Below are positions 9,703 to 20,598 of a stretch of DNA of 64,000 bases, piece after piece. The stretch is from assembly GCA_965204745.1 (NCBI GenBank), contig OZ242010.1:2560001-2624000 (forward strand). Direction: 5' to 3'. Position 1 is the first letter of the stretch. Every line of letters begins with the position of its first letter. The stretch comes from Candidatus Latescibacterota bacterium. GTDB lineage: Bacteria > Latescibacterota > UBA2968. The notes under the pieces were generated by a model that saw nothing but the letters and a program-made list of their open reading frames with translations, ran no database searches and had not been told where the DNA came from. Position numbers and translations under genes: made by a program.

Positions 9703-12700
9703 ATGCGTTTGAACATGCGTTTGAGTTGTCTCCTGATCGCGGTCGGAGTGGTGTTCGCCTCCTTTCCCGGCAACGGGGTGGCAGCCACGACGGGCAAAGT
9801 CACGGGGGTGGTGAAAGATGCACAAGATGACCCCCTGCCTGGCGTCAATGTGGTGGTGAAAGGCACGCGGCGCGGCGCCACGACCGATGCGGATGGCTAT
9901 TTTCTGATTCTGGCCGTGGATCCGGGGGTGCATCAACTCGAAGCGTCTTTGGTGGGCTACCGCACCGAGACCGTCCAAAACGTGCTGGTGCAGGTGGAAT
10001 TGACCACCACAGTCGATATGGTGTTGCAAGAGGCCGCGGTCGAACTCGGGGAATTGGTCGTCATTGCCGAGCGGCCGGCCGTGGAGCCAGACAAGACCGT
10101 GAGCCGGTACATCGTGGGCGTAGAGCAGGTGGAGCAAGTGCCCTTGGCGCGCAATGCCGCGGAAGTGATCGAGTTGCAACCGGGCGTGTCGTTGGATGGC
10201 GCGATGCGGATTCGCGCGAGCCACACCGCGTCTGTCACCAACGGCACCAACGAGGTCTTCGTAGAAATCGACGGCATCCGCTTGTCCAATGACGACGGCG
10301 TGGCAGAGAACAACACGGCGGCGCAGGTGAACAGCTTGGCGCGCGGCGCGCTGCAAGAAGTCGCGGTCGTCACCGGCGGGATGAATGCCGAATACGGCAA
10401 TGCCCAAGGCGGCGTGATCAGCCTGGTCAGCCGCGAGGCCAAAGAACGCTATGGCGGCCTGGGCGAATACCGCCTGACCCTGCCGGGCCGGAAGCACTGG
10501 GGCGCGAATGTCTATAACAGCCCGCTTTTGGAGGGCAAAGTGCCCGCGCTCGTTGCACAGCCTTCCAATTACGACGAGGTGCTCGGGCATTTTGTCGAGG
10601 GCAATATTTCCGGGCCGATCAACCGGCAACTCGGGTTTTTTCTCAGTTCCTATACGGATCGGCAAGCCTCGGTGTTTCCCGGCCCGGCCAATCACGCGCC
10701 CTTCAACTTGAACACCTCGGCCAATGTCACGTACCGGCCCAGGGATGCTTACAAGTTTAAGCTGGGCACGACTTGGGTGTATAAAGACGGGTTCAACAAT
10801 GGCTCGACCAATGTGGTGCGCGGGCCGGGCGGCGCGACCACGGGCGTTCCCCCGGGCGGGGTGCGCGGCATTTCGGAAAACGGGCTCAACTTATTTTTGC
10901 CCGAGGGCTACAGCTCCTCTGGCAAATCCCCGCGCACGGATCAGGTGTTTTACGGCATTTTGACGCACACCATCTCGCCCAAAACATTTTACGAGATCCG
11001 CGTTTCCTTCCAGCGCACGGCCCTCGATACGAGCGGGGTGCCGGGGGAAACCACGGACATCGTGCGGGGCGGGAACGGGTTTTACGACACGCGAAACATC
11101 CACGCCTTTAGCTATGCGCGGCGCACGCGCTTTCTGGTCAAGGGCGATTTGTCCAGCCAGGTGACGCGCGGGCATTTTGTGAAGGCCGGGTTCGAGTACA
11201 TCCGCAACAGCATCGAGCAACAAGACGTGGTGTACAACACGACCCGCGAGCGCAATATCCGCTTGTTGGGCAAGGGCGATCCCATCGTGGGCATGGAGCC
11301 GTTCCATCCCGCGACGTACGCGTTTTACGCGCAGGACAAAATGGAGTTCGAGGGCCTGATCGTGAATGTGGGCGCGCGCTTGGAGATGCTCGCCCCCGGC
11401 GAATCCTTTGGTCGGGCGATGGATCAGGTGATCTGGAACCACTACAATTCGCTGACGCGCTGGCGCAACGTGCCCATTGTCGATTCGCCCACGCAGACGG
11501 CCATCAGCCCGCGCTTGGGCATTTCCCACCCGATAACCGAGCGGTCGACCATCCGGTTTTTCACGGGTCGGTTTCACCAGTTCGTGGGGTTGCAAAGCCT
11601 GTACAACCGCACCTGGCGGGCCACGGGGCCGGACAAGGATTTGAATGGCAACGGGCAGATCGACGAGCGGGAAATTTTCAACGCGCTGGTCTATCCGCTC
11701 GCGGGCGAGTTCGGCAATATCAACATGAAACCCGAGCGCACGACCAATTTTGAAGTGGGGTTCGACTACAATTTTTACGGCGATTACGTGGCGGGTTTGA
11801 CGGCGTTTTACAAGGACCAAGAAGGCACGCTGTCCAGCGGCGGGTCCGACTTTTTCATCGACGAGCCGGTCTTTGGCTTCAACTCGTCCTATACGCATGC
11901 GTTTTTCAACCGCCGCTTTGCCACCTCGCGCGGGTTTGAGTTGTCCTTCCAAAAAAAGTTCGGCCAGATGACCGCGTTTCACGTGGCGTACAACGTCAAC
12001 TGGGCCAAAGCCCACCGCGGCGGCATATCGTCTTGGGAGTGGTTTGTCGTTCCCTCGAGCCGCTATGTCAACAGCGATAAGTTCTTTGCCGGCGTGACCG
12101 TGCAATCCGACGGGCAGGAAGTGCCCCGCGCGCCAACGGCTGAAGAGCGCAGCAGGCTGGCCGCCCAAGCCGATGCCATAGCCCAAAAGTACAAGGCCAA
12201 AGCAGACGTGCGCGAGCCAAAGAGCAATGCGTACTGGGAACAACCGGTGCTGATCGAAGACGGGCTGTATTCCTTCAACATCGCCAACTACAGCATTCCC
12301 ACTTTGGATGGGGGCTTGGACAGGCGCAATTTTGCCAGCGTGCAATTTTTGTTTTCCTCGCCGCCAGATTTCCACATTCGGCCCTTGGCCGGGTTCCGCG
12401 CGACGATGGTTTGGTATATGCAGACCGGCGGCGCGTTTTGGTACACCCCGCCCACGGGGCCGCGCGAGCGGCGCAATGGCCCGCCCACGACCGTGACGGA
12501 TGTCAGCTTTGAAAAGGATTTTGGCCTGGGACAAAGCGCGACCGCCACCACGTTTGTCGAGGTCCGCAATTTGTTTGGACAGCGCGACGACACGAGCACC
12601 GGGTTTCGATGGATCCAGTACGGGCTTCAAAAACCGCCGCCCGGAGACAGCAAGTTCGACACGTTTGGCGATATCGCCGAATTGACCCGGTACAACGGGG

Positions 12701-12750
12701 GCCTGGGCAGGCCCCGAACCATCGTGGCCGGGGCGCGGTTCAAGTTCTAA
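9703..12750 (+). CDS. TonB-dependent receptor with N-terminal carboxypeptidase-regulatory-like domain
   Basis: TTGKVTGVVKD..PLPGVNVVVKGT, plug motif GGMNAEYGNAQGGVI, SPRLGISHPIT, KPERTTNFEVG, C-terminal PRTIVAGARFKF. Confidence 0.92.
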   Translation: MRLNMRLSCLLIAVGVVFASFPGNGVAATTGKVTGVVKDAQDDPLPGVNVVVKGTRRGATTDADGYFLILAVDPGVHQLEASLVGYRTETVQNVLVQVELTTTVDMVLQEAAVELGELVVIAERPAVEPDKTVSRYIVGVEQVEQVPLARNAAEVIELQPGVSLDGAMRIRASHTASVTNGTNEVFVEIDGIRLSNDDGVAENNTAAQVNSLARGALQEVAVVTGGMNAEYGNAQGGVISLVSREAKERYGGLGEYRLTLPGRKHWGANVYNSPLLEGKVPALVAQPSNYDEVLGHFVEGNISGPINRQLGFFLSSYTDRQASVFPGPANHAPFNLNTSANVTYRPRDAYKFKLGTTWVYKDGFNNGSTNVVRGPGGATTGVPPGGVRGISENGLNLFLPEGYSSSGKSPRTDQVFYGILTHTISPKTFYEIRVSFQRTALDTSGVPGETTDIVRGGNGFYDTRNIHAFSYARRTRFLVKGDLSSQVTRGHFVKAGFEYIRNSIEQQDVVYNTTRERNIRLLGKGDPIVGMEPFHPATYAFYAQDKMEFEGLIVNVGARLEMLAPGESFGRAMDQVIWNHYNSLTRWRNVPIVDSPTQTAISPRLGISHPITERSTIRFFTGRFHQFVGLQSLYNRTWRATGPDKDLNGNGQIDEREIFNALVYPLAGEFGNINMKPERTTNFEVGFDYNFYGDYVAGLTAFYKDQEGTLSSGGSDFFIDEPVFGFNSSYTHAFFNRRFATSRGFELSFQKKFGQMTAFHVAYNVNWAKAHRGGISSWEWFVVPSSRYVNSDKFFAGVTVQSDGQEVPRAPTAEERSRLAAQADAIAQKYKAKADVREPKSNAYWEQPVLIEDGLYSFNIANYSIPTLDGGLDRRNFASVQFLFSSPPDFHIRPLAGFRATMVWYMQTGGAFWYTPPTGPRERRNGPPTTVTDVSFEKDFGLGQSATATTFVEVRNLFGQRDDTSTGFRWIQYGLQKPPPGDSKFDTFGDIAELTRYNGGLGRPRTIVAGARFKF

Positions 12751-12765
12751 AGGAGGAACATCGCT

Positions 12766-15102
12766 ATGTTTCTGAAAAGTCTGAATAAATACGGGTGTCT
12801 GACCGCGCTGTGCCTGGTTTTGATCGGCGCGATGGATTTGCAAGCGCAGGTGGTGTACAGCGCGTCTCGGCACATGACGCGGTCGCAGGTGTGGCTCTCG
12901 TTCACCAATTCCGGCACGTCGAGCATGCACTATCAGGTCACGCCGTCTCGGGTGATGATGCGAATGTCCTACCCGGGCGATTTGTACGCCCTGTACGCCT
13001 TGCTCGGCACCGAAGAATTTGTGGAGTACTGGGGCGACAAGGCCTGGGGCTCGTCTCAGCAAAAGGCATTTGCAAACATGCACTCGGCCGGCGAAGGCGT
13101 GTTGGTCTTGACCCAGGTGGGCGGCGAGAAGTACGTGTCGGTCACCGGCCCGCGCACGCCCACCGAAGACGTGGTGCCGCTGAATTACGACATCGCCAAT
13201 GCCAAAGAGGCGTCGTGGGGGGTTCAGTCTATCGTGCCCAACCGCGGGGTGGGCACCGGCACGGTCAAATCCAACTATTGGCAGGGCGCCGCGCCCCAAT
13301 CGGCAGATCCGGCCAATTTGCGGCCCTACGAGATTCACAATTTCGACTACGGCATTTACCCCCCCGTGCAAAATGCGGGCGAGGAAATCCACATCACGCA
13401 GTGGCGGACGCAACACGATGTGGTGGTCACGCGCAAAGCCCATGCGTGGAGCCATCAGGATTTCGACGATTTTTTCATTTTGGAACTCGAGTTTGAAAAC
13501 CGCGGCGGGCAACAACTCGACGACACGTATTTTGGCGTGATGAACTCGATGTACGTCAACAATGCGGGCACGTCTTATCGCTGGGGGCACGAAGGCGGGC
13601 TGATCACCTATCGCCGCACGCAGGCATTGGACGATCACTATCGGTACAGCGAGGCGCCCAATTTTGAGAACAACGCATTGAGCGGGTTGTCCCCTGCGGA
13701 TTTTCAGGGCAAGTACATCATGTACCAGTGGGATGGCAATTCCCCGTCCAGCTTTGAGGAAGACACGGGGGACCCGTATTATTCCGACGTGGAGGTCACG
13801 GCGTTTCCGGGCAGCAAGAGCAGGCCCGAGGGCATGCCCATCGCACCGGCCTATCAGTTTATGGCCCCGCTGGCCTTTCGCAATGCCGGGCCGAGTCACA
13901 CGTTCAATGCCGCAGACATGGCCGAGCGCTATGTCGAACCGCAGGGCGAACCCCTGTCGCACTGGTACGAGGTGCACGGTCGGCGCAACATCGACGATCC
14001 CACGCGGGGCGCGCTGAGCATGGCCGACCAGTACGATTTTTTCACGTCGCCCACCATGGACAACCCCACCTCTGAACAGATGCAGTGGGAAGACCTGATC
14101 TTTGGGCCTTACGACTTGGGGCCGGGGCAAAAGGCCAAGATCGTGCTGGTCTATGGCTTTGGCTCTGCCGCAGAGTTCGACATCAACGCGCAGACCGGCT
14201 ATGCCAACGACATTACCATGTGGTCGTGGAACGTGGGCGATATTGGCTCGGATGCCCGCAAATCCCTGCTGGCCAAGGGCGAGCAGGCGATGTTGCAACA
14301 TTTGGAGCACGCGCAATTTGCGTACGACAACGAGTACCAAATCCCCAACGCGCCCCCGGACGTGGACTTTTTCCAGGGCAGCAATGCCCAAGCCAAGATC
14401 ACGCTGACGTGGTCGGACGCCGCGGAAAAGGCCGTCAATCCGGAATACGGCGAAGCCGACGTGGTGAGCTACCGCATCTACCGCTCGACCTGGCAAGAGA
14501 CCGGCCCGTGGGAATTGGTGGGCGAGGTGCAAGCGGGCAGCAGTCAGGGCGGCACGTACACATGGGTGGATGAGAACTCGCTGGCCGGGTTCCAGTTCGC
14601 GTACAATGTGCGCTCTGTTGCGCGGCCCAAAACGACCTGGACCGAGGGTTCTAAAACGCTAGACGATTTGCCCGAGACCGTGCACCAACACCTCACCGGA
14701 AACGGATTGGAGAGCGGCTGGTCCGCGGCCGAACAGCGCATGATCGTGCCCGGTAGCCCGATTTTGGCGGCCAATGACGCGGCGGACAAGCTCGAACAAC
14801 CCGTGCTCGTGGTGCCCAATCCCTTCAGTTTGGCGCAGGCACAATCCAATTACCAAGGCACGCTCAAGTTGCGCTTTGTGGGGGTGCCACACCAAGCCAG
14901 AATTTCCATTTTCACGGTTTCGGGAGATTTGGTTGCCGTGATCAATCACAACGACCCAACCGCAGGGGAAGCGCAGTGGCTGTTGAAAGATCGCTTCCTC
15001 ACCGGCGAGGCCACGTCGTCCGCGTATTTTTACGTGGTCGAATCGCTCGTGCCTGCAAGTCTCGGGCGCAAGACCAAGGGCGCGTTTGTGATCAACCGTT
15101 AG
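12766..15102 (+). CDS. Secreted protein with Fn3-like domain and T9SS-type C-terminal sorting domain
   Basis: AGGAGG RBS, signal peptide; ITLTWS..YRIYRST Fn3-like segment; C-terminal VVPNPF..LRFVGVP..ISIFTVSGDLV..YFYVVE. Confidence 0.75.
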   Translation: MFLKSLNKYGCLTALCLVLIGAMDLQAQVVYSASRHMTRSQVWLSFTNSGTSSMHYQVTPSRVMMRMSYPGDLYALYALLGTEEFVEYWGDKAWGSSQQKAFANMHSAGEGVLVLTQVGGEKYVSVTGPRTPTEDVVPLNYDIANAKEASWGVQSIVPNRGVGTGTVKSNYWQGAAPQSADPANLRPYEIHNFDYGIYPPVQNAGEEIHITQWRTQHDVVVTRKAHAWSHQDFDDFFILELEFENRGGQQLDDTYFGVMNSMYVNNAGTSYRWGHEGGLITYRRTQALDDHYRYSEAPNFENNALSGLSPADFQGKYIMYQWDGNSPSSFEEDTGDPYYSDVEVTAFPGSKSRPEGMPIAPAYQFMAPLAFRNAGPSHTFNAADMAERYVEPQGEPLSHWYEVHGRRNIDDPTRGALSMADQYDFFTSPTMDNPTSEQMQWEDLIFGPYDLGPGQKAKIVLVYGFGSAAEFDINAQTGYANDITMWSWNVGDIGSDARKSLLAKGEQAMLQHLEHAQFAYDNEYQIPNAPPDVDFFQGSNAQAKITLTWSDAAEKAVNPEYGEADVVSYRIYRSTWQETGPWELVGEVQAGSSQGGTYTWVDENSLAGFQFAYNVRSVARPKTTWTEGSKTLDDLPETVHQHLTGNGLESGWSAAEQRMIVPGSPILAANDAADKLEQPVLVVPNPFSLAQAQSNYQGTLKLRFVGVPHQARISIFTVSGDLVAVINHNDPTAGEAQWLLKDRFLTGEATSSAYFYVVESLVPASLGRKTKGAFVINR

Positions 15103-15117
15103 ACCTCAAACACAAGG

Positions 15118-16098
15118 ATGGATGCGATGAAATTTGCGGTGCATATCGTTTTGATGATGATGCTCGTCCTGCCGGCCTCGGCACAGGATCTCTTCCCGGA
15201 AGCCGAGGAGATTTTGAATCCCGAGGGCCGCAGCAAGATCAAGCCCTCCACATTCAATTTTTTGAAGACGACCACGCACGCGCGCATCGCGGGCATGGGC
15301 GATGCGTTCACCGCCGTGTCCAATGGGATGGACGGCATCGTTTGGAACCCGGCCGGGCTGACCAAAGTGGATCGGTTCGGGTACAGCTTTGGGTACACGC
15401 AATGGCTCGTCGATTCCCGGTTCGTGACCGGGGCCCTGGCGTACAATACCCGGCGATGGGGCGTGATCGGCGTGTCCTTTGTGAACTTTTCCCTGCCCGA
15501 TATGGTCGAGACGACCACGCAACAGCCCGATGGCACGGGCAATATGGTGGCTTCGGGCGACCTCGCGGTCGGGGTGGTCTATGCCTATCAGTTGACTGAC
15601 AAGTTGTCCGCGGCGGCCTCACTGCGCTTTGTCCAATCCGCGCTCGGCCCGGAAACGCTCAGCGCGGTTTCGGTCAATGTCAGTTCCCTGATGTACACCG
15701 GCTTTCGCAGCCTGCGGATCGGCATGAACATGAAGAACCTGGGCGGCGAGCAGGAGATCGTGAGCGAAAAATCCGAGATGCCCCTGGTGTTCCACACCGG
15801 CATTGCGATGGAGGTGTTCGGCAATTTGGGCGACCCCGTGTCTCTGACCGGCTCGTTTGAAGGCGCGTTTTTCACGGACAGGGAACAGCGTTGGAACCTG
15901 GGCGGCGAGTTGTGGATCCAGAATTTGGTCGCGCTTCGGGCCGGCTATAAGTTCAAGTACGACGCGGAAACGTGGAGTGTGGGCGGCGGCCTCAAGGGAA
16001 CATTCGGCGGCCGGAGCATTGCCCTCGACGTGTCGTATAGCAATTTCGGCGATCTGTTCGACGCGCCCCTGCGCTTGAATCTGTCTGGCTCGTTGTAA
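15118..16098 (+). CDS. PorV/PorQ (UPF0164) family outer-membrane barrel
   Basis: FLK...ARIAGMGDAFTAV...WNPAGL signature; LRAGYK; C-terminal beta strands. Confidence 0.85.
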   Translation: MDAMKFAVHIVLMMMLVLPASAQDLFPEAEEILNPEGRSKIKPSTFNFLKTTTHARIAGMGDAFTAVSNGMDGIVWNPAGLTKVDRFGYSFGYTQWLVDSRFVTGALAYNTRRWGVIGVSFVNFSLPDMVETTTQQPDGTGNMVASGDLAVGVVYAYQLTDKLSAAASLRFVQSALGPETLSAVSVNVSSLMYTGFRSLRIGMNMKNLGGEQEIVSEKSEMPLVFHTGIAMEVFGNLGDPVSLTGSFEGAFFTDREQRWNLGGELWIQNLVALRAGYKFKYDAETWSVGGGLKGTFGGRSIALDVSYSNFGDLFDAPLRLNLSGSL

Positions 16099-16268
16099 CC
16101 TACCCCCCTGGCGCTTCCTTACGAGGAGGGGGGAACTGAAGCCTCCGCTCCCGCCTCGGGGAAGGCCAGGGGCAGAATCGCAGCAGGATCGATTTTTTCG
16201 CATACCCCGCCGGAATCGGAGAGCAACCCGTGTTCCGCGCGGGGTGTGCCATTTTGAAGGAGAAAGGC

Positions 16269-18254
16269 TTGGCCGCAGAACGACACACAGATCGCGCAGA
16301 TCATCCCGCGAGGGACCGGGGCGTGACGCTTCGCGCAGTTGTGCTCGGCATTGGGATCGTGGTGTTCATCAACCTGTGGGTGACGCACGCCGAAACCGTG
16401 GTGAAGACCTCTCGCCTGAATTTGAGCGTGTTCCAAATCACGCTGCTAGCCGTTTTTATCGCGCTGATCAGCGTGGTCAATCCGCTGCTCAAAGCCGCGA
16501 ATCGGCGGTATGTGTTCGCGCCTTCGGAGTTGCTGGCCGTGGTGGCGATAGGCATTGTGGGTTGCGTCGTGCCCACGTCGGGCATTACGGGATTTTTGAT
16601 CGGGGTCATTTCTACCCCGTTTTATTTTGCCACGCCGGAAAATGGCTGGGCCGAGTTTTACCATCCCCACCTAAATTCGTGGGTCGTGCCCACGGATCGA
16701 GACGCGGTGCGCGCTTTTTACGAGGGGCTGTTGCCCGGCAGGTCGATCCCTTGGCGCGTGTGGGTGGCCCCGCTGGCGTGGTGGGGCAGTTTGGTCGTGG
16801 CCGTGTTCGCGGTGTCCGCGAGTTTGATGGTCATTTTGCGAAAGCAATGGGTGGAATACGAAAAGCTGGCCTATCCCATTGCCGCGGTGCCCATCGAGAT
16901 GTCGCAAGACGCCCTGTCCGCGCGAGTGTTGCCCGGGTTCATGCGCGGCCCCATGTTCTGGATCGCCGCGGCGGTGCCGTTTGTGATTTTTGTGTGGCAT
17001 TCCCTGTCCTGGGCCTATCCCCTGTTGCCGAGCATCGGCATCCTCCCGCACGGGGGGTATTTTCGCTTTACGCGCTATTCGCCGGGCATGTACATCCAGC
17101 CCATGCAATTTTTGACCATTGGATTTGCGTATTTTGCCAATACGCAGGTCTTGTTTTCCGTGTGGTTTTTCTTTTTGTTGCACGTCGTCGAGGGCGGGGT
17201 TTTTAACCGCTTGGGCTATCAAATCGAGCGATCCACGGATTCGTTCAGCGCGGACCCGCCCACCGAGGCGTGGCAGTGCTTCGGCGCGCTGGCCTGTTTG
17301 GTACTGTGGCGATTGTGGGTGGCGCGGCGGCACTTGCGCGATGTGTTCCGAAAGGCATGCGATGAGAATTATCCGATAGACGACCGAGAGGAAATTCTCT
17401 CGTACCGGGCCGCGGTTTTGATTTTGGGGGCCGGGCTGATCTACGCGTTGTTCTGGCTGCTGTGCATTGGGATGGACGCGACCACCGCGCTGATTTTCAT
17501 GGCCGGCGTGGCGATCATCTACATCGGCATTGCGCGGGTCGTGTCCGAGGCCGGGGTCGTGTATTCGGGCGCGACCGTGACGCCGCAGGCTTTTGTGATG
17601 GATCTGCGCGGCACGCACGCCATTTCCGGGGGCGGCCTGACCGCCCTTGCCCTGTCCTATTCCCTGATCGATTACATGCGCGGCCTGTTCACCCCGGGCC
17701 TCGCACAGTCGATTAAATTGGGCGATCTGATTCGCGGGAATCGCCGGTTGTTGTTTTACTGCGTGGGCATTGGGGTGCTGGCGGGATTCGTCTCGTCCGT
17801 GGGCCTGATGCTCTATTTGGGGTACGCGTACGGCGCGTACAACTTTCCGCGCTTTCCGTTTTTCAGCGGGGACCCCAAAGGGATTTACGGCTCCACCCTG
17901 ACGATGATGCGGACGCCCAAAGCGCCGGATCCCAACCGCATCGTCTTTTTTGCTATCGGCGCGGGCCTGATGGCCTTGCTGACCTTTTTGAGATACCGAT
18001 TTGCCCGCTGGCCCATCAATCCCATCGGCCTGACCATTTCCGCTGCGGACAACACGGCGTCGCTGGTGATGCCCGTGTTTATCGCCTGGGCGTGCAAGGC
18101 GAGTTTGCTCCGCATCGGCGGCGTGAATCTCTACCGCAAAGCCAAGCCCCTGTTCTTGGGCCTGCTCGTGGGCTATACCGCAGGGGTCGTCTGGTCGTTT
18201 CTCATCGACGCGATCTGGTGGCCCGGCCAAGGGCATTCGGTGCATTGGTGGTAG
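16269..18254 (+). CDS. DUF6785/DUF6784-type polytopic membrane protein (putative transporter)
   Basis: AGGAG then TTG start; many TM helices; GVTLRAVVLG, RKQWVEYEKLAYPI, WPINPIG motifs. Confidence 0.75.
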   Translation: MAAERHTDRADHPARDRGVTLRAVVLGIGIVVFINLWVTHAETVVKTSRLNLSVFQITLLAVFIALISVVNPLLKAANRRYVFAPSELLAVVAIGIVGCVVPTSGITGFLIGVISTPFYFATPENGWAEFYHPHLNSWVVPTDRDAVRAFYEGLLPGRSIPWRVWVAPLAWWGSLVVAVFAVSASLMVILRKQWVEYEKLAYPIAAVPIEMSQDALSARVLPGFMRGPMFWIAAAVPFVIFVWHSLSWAYPLLPSIGILPHGGYFRFTRYSPGMYIQPMQFLTIGFAYFANTQVLFSVWFFFLLHVVEGGVFNRLGYQIERSTDSFSADPPTEAWQCFGALACLVLWRLWVARRHLRDVFRKACDENYPIDDREEILSYRAAVLILGAGLIYALFWLLCIGMDATTALIFMAGVAIIYIGIARVVSEAGVVYSGATVTPQAFVMDLRGTHAISGGGLTALALSYSLIDYMRGLFTPGLAQSIKLGDLIRGNRRLLFYCVGIGVLAGFVSSVGLMLYLGYAYGAYNFPRFPFFSGDPKGIYGSTLTMMRTPKAPDPNRIVFFAIGAGLMALLTFLRYRFARWPINPIGLTISAADNTASLVMPVFIAWACKASLLRIGGVNLYRKAKPLFLGLLVGYTAGVVWSFLIDAIWWPGQGHSVHWW

Positions 18255-18599
18255 GGGAGGAGAGTTGGCAGTAATCAGTTGGCAGTTGGCAGTCCCCACC
18301 CTTTCCCCCACAATGTATGTGCTAACCGATTGTTTTGCTGACTGCTAAGATACAAGAGGATCGGCGATGAGCGGTCAGTCCCAAACACCAAACCGTAGGG
18401 GCGATGGCCCCGTGCTCGCGAGGAAGGGGGAACTGTGAGCGATTTTGCGAGGGTATTGATGAGGGATTTTTAATCGCTTATGCCCTATCGGGACCTACCC
18501 CCTTGGCCCCCCTTCCTACAAGGAAGGGGGAACGAGGATCGGTTTTGCTACCGCGCTCAATCGGGACCTATCCCCGTTAAACAAAAGGAGATGATGAAC

Positions 18600-19727
18600 A
18601 TGGACAAAAGTCGGCAAATCTACGAAGACCTGGGCGTCGCGCCCGTGATCAACGCCGCGGGATATCAGACGCTCATCGGTGGGTCGAGGATCGGCCCAGA
18701 AGTGCAGGCCGCAATGGCGACCGCGAACCGCTATTTTGCGGACATGGAAGACCTGCTCAAAAAAACCGGGGCGATCATCGCGGACATCCTCGGCACGGAA
18801 GCCGCGCTGGTCACGCCCGGATGCGCGGCGGCATTGGCCCTTGCCTCGGCCGCGTGCATGTCGGGTAGCGATCCGCAAAAAATGGAACAACTGCCGGATA
18901 CCACGGGCGTGAAGCACCGCATTTTGATTCAAAAAAAACAGCGGTATCACTACGACCGCGTGCTGACCATCTTCGGGGCGAAGCTCGTCGAAGTCGGCGA
19001 TGAAACCGGCACGACCGCAGCTCAACTCGAGGCCGCCATTTCAGACGAGACCGCGGCCATCCACTATTTCGCGCCCGGGAATCAGGATGGCGTTTTGCCC
19101 GCCCAAGATGTGATCCGCATCGCGCATGCCAATGGCGTCCCGGTGATTGTCGATGCGGCGAGTCAGGTTTATCCGCTCGAGGTCATGCGCCGGTACCCAG
19201 ACATGGGCGCGGACTTGATCGGGTACGGCGCGAAATACATCGGCGCGTGTCATTCCACGGGCATTTTGTGCGGGCGCGCAGACCTGATTGACGCGGCGTA
19301 TCTGCACTCGTTCATCGGCTACGAGACCTGCCCCTACGACACTTTGGGCCGTCCGCTGAAGGTGGATCGCCAAGAAGTGATCGCGGTCGTCGTCGCCCTG
19401 CGCGAATGGTTCAGCGCGGATCACCAAGCGCGTTTGGCCTCGTACGAGCGCGAAGCCGAAGCCCTCCTCGCGGACTTGGCGGACATTCCCCACATTGCGA
19501 CCGCGGTTGCAACCGACGCGCGAAGCCTGAGCAATGGCGTGCAAATTACAGTGGATGAAGCCGCGCTGGGCAAAACCGCAGTGCAAATCATCGACGAACT
19601 CAAGCGGGGCAATCCGTCCGTGTGGGTGCGCGGCAGCGGAAATGCGTTTCGCGTCGCGGTGACCAATTTCATCGAAGACGACCGCGAAATCGTGGCATCC
19701 CGCCTGCGCGAAGTGTTGGCGAAGTAA
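18600..19727 (+). CDS. SelA-like / DgaE-family PLP-dependent enzyme
   Basis: AAGGAG RBS; LGVAPVINAAG, VIVDAAS, GADLIGYGAK (PLP lysine), GRPLKVDRQE. Confidence 0.85.
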   Translation: MDKSRQIYEDLGVAPVINAAGYQTLIGGSRIGPEVQAAMATANRYFADMEDLLKKTGAIIADILGTEAALVTPGCAAALALASAACMSGSDPQKMEQLPDTTGVKHRILIQKKQRYHYDRVLTIFGAKLVEVGDETGTTAAQLEAAISDETAAIHYFAPGNQDGVLPAQDVIRIAHANGVPVIVDAASQVYPLEVMRRYPDMGADLIGYGAKYIGACHSTGILCGRADLIDAAYLHSFIGYETCPYDTLGRPLKVDRQEVIAVVVALREWFSADHQARLASYEREAEALLADLADIPHIATAVATDARSLSNGVQITVDEAALGKTAVQIIDELKRGNPSVWVRGSGNAFRVAVTNFIEDDREIVASRLREVLAK

Positions 19728-19868
19728 GAGGTAAGAGGCAAGACGGGAGATGGAAGTTTAGCCACGAGCGGGGTACAACTAGCGATAGCCAGTTCAAAGG
19801 CACAAAAACACAAAAGACGATCAGTGTGTGTAGGGGCGATGCCCTCGTGCTCGCCCATCCGCCCCGCC

Positions 19869-20044
19869 GTGTCTGAATCGCGGATTAAACGGATTACGCA
19901 GATTGCGCGGATTACCCCACACCGCCCTACCACCTGTGCGTTCCCGTCCCGTCCCTACCCCGCCGCCCTGCGTGCCCGTCCGCGCCGCCCAACCGTGTCT
20001 GAATCGCGGATTAAACGGATTACGCGGATTACGCGGATTACCCC
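19869..20044 (+). repeat. Two copies of a ~50-bp GTGTCTGAATCGCGGATTAAACGGATTACGC repeat with 9-bp GGATTA periodicity
   Basis: Copies at ~19869-19917 and ~19995-20044; reverse-complement copies at ~35379-35430 and ~60390-60438; partial at ~50313-50330. Confidence 0.85.
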
Positions 20045-20106
20045 ACCGCCCAACCACCGCTTCATCGTTCCCATCCACTTCGCCCTTCGCACGCCCTGTC
20101 GCCATA

Positions 20107-20545
20107 GCCCTATCCCCCCGGTCCCCGTTATTCGCTTCGCTCATTGTAGGCTACGCCTGTGCCTACGAGGAAAGGGGGAGCGCATGGCTTTCTTGAAGGT
20201 TTGCATCCAGGGCTGTTTTGATGGCTTTGGGCGAATGGAGCACGCCATGCAAATCCAAAAACCCTTACACACAATCCCTCGCAAAACCTTTCGCCATTCC
20301 CCCTTCCTCGCAAGCCCTATCCCCCCGGCCCCCTTTCCTACAAGGAAAGGGGGAGCGCATGGCTTTCTTAAAGGTTTGTATCCCTGGCTGTTTTGATGGC
20401 TTTGGGCGAATGGAGCACGCCATGCAAATCCAAAAACCCTTACACACAATCCCTCGCACAACCTCTCGCCATTCCCCCTTCCTCGCAGGCACAGGCGTAG
20501 CCTACAACGAAGCGTAGCGAGTAACGGGGCCAGGGGGTAGGTCCC
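20107..20545. repeat. Modular palindromic REP/MITE-like element with internal ~180-bp tandem duplication
   Basis: CCCCCTTTCC..GGAAAGGGGG hairpins, GTAGGCTACGCCTGTG module, GGGGTAGGTCCC end; related to 35105-35311, 60128-60368, 62339-62752. Confidence 0.85.
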
Positions 20546-20598
20546 CCTCGCATGCCTTATCGCTTGACTGACCACCGATCCCACCGTCATTTTACCGC

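Noticed and set aside
10891-14532. 1213-aa minus-strand ORF and many other long antisense ORFs
   Set aside because: Shadow frames of well-supported high-GC genes; no recognisable motifs.
18600-19727. True selA of a selenocysteine system
   Set aside because: Shorter than SelA, lacks its N-terminal domain, and no selB/selC/selD nearby; fits the DgaE/SelA-like subgroup.
19869-20044. Possible mini-CRISPR
   Set aside because: Only two ~50-bp units here, and the same unit is dispersed singly elsewhere.
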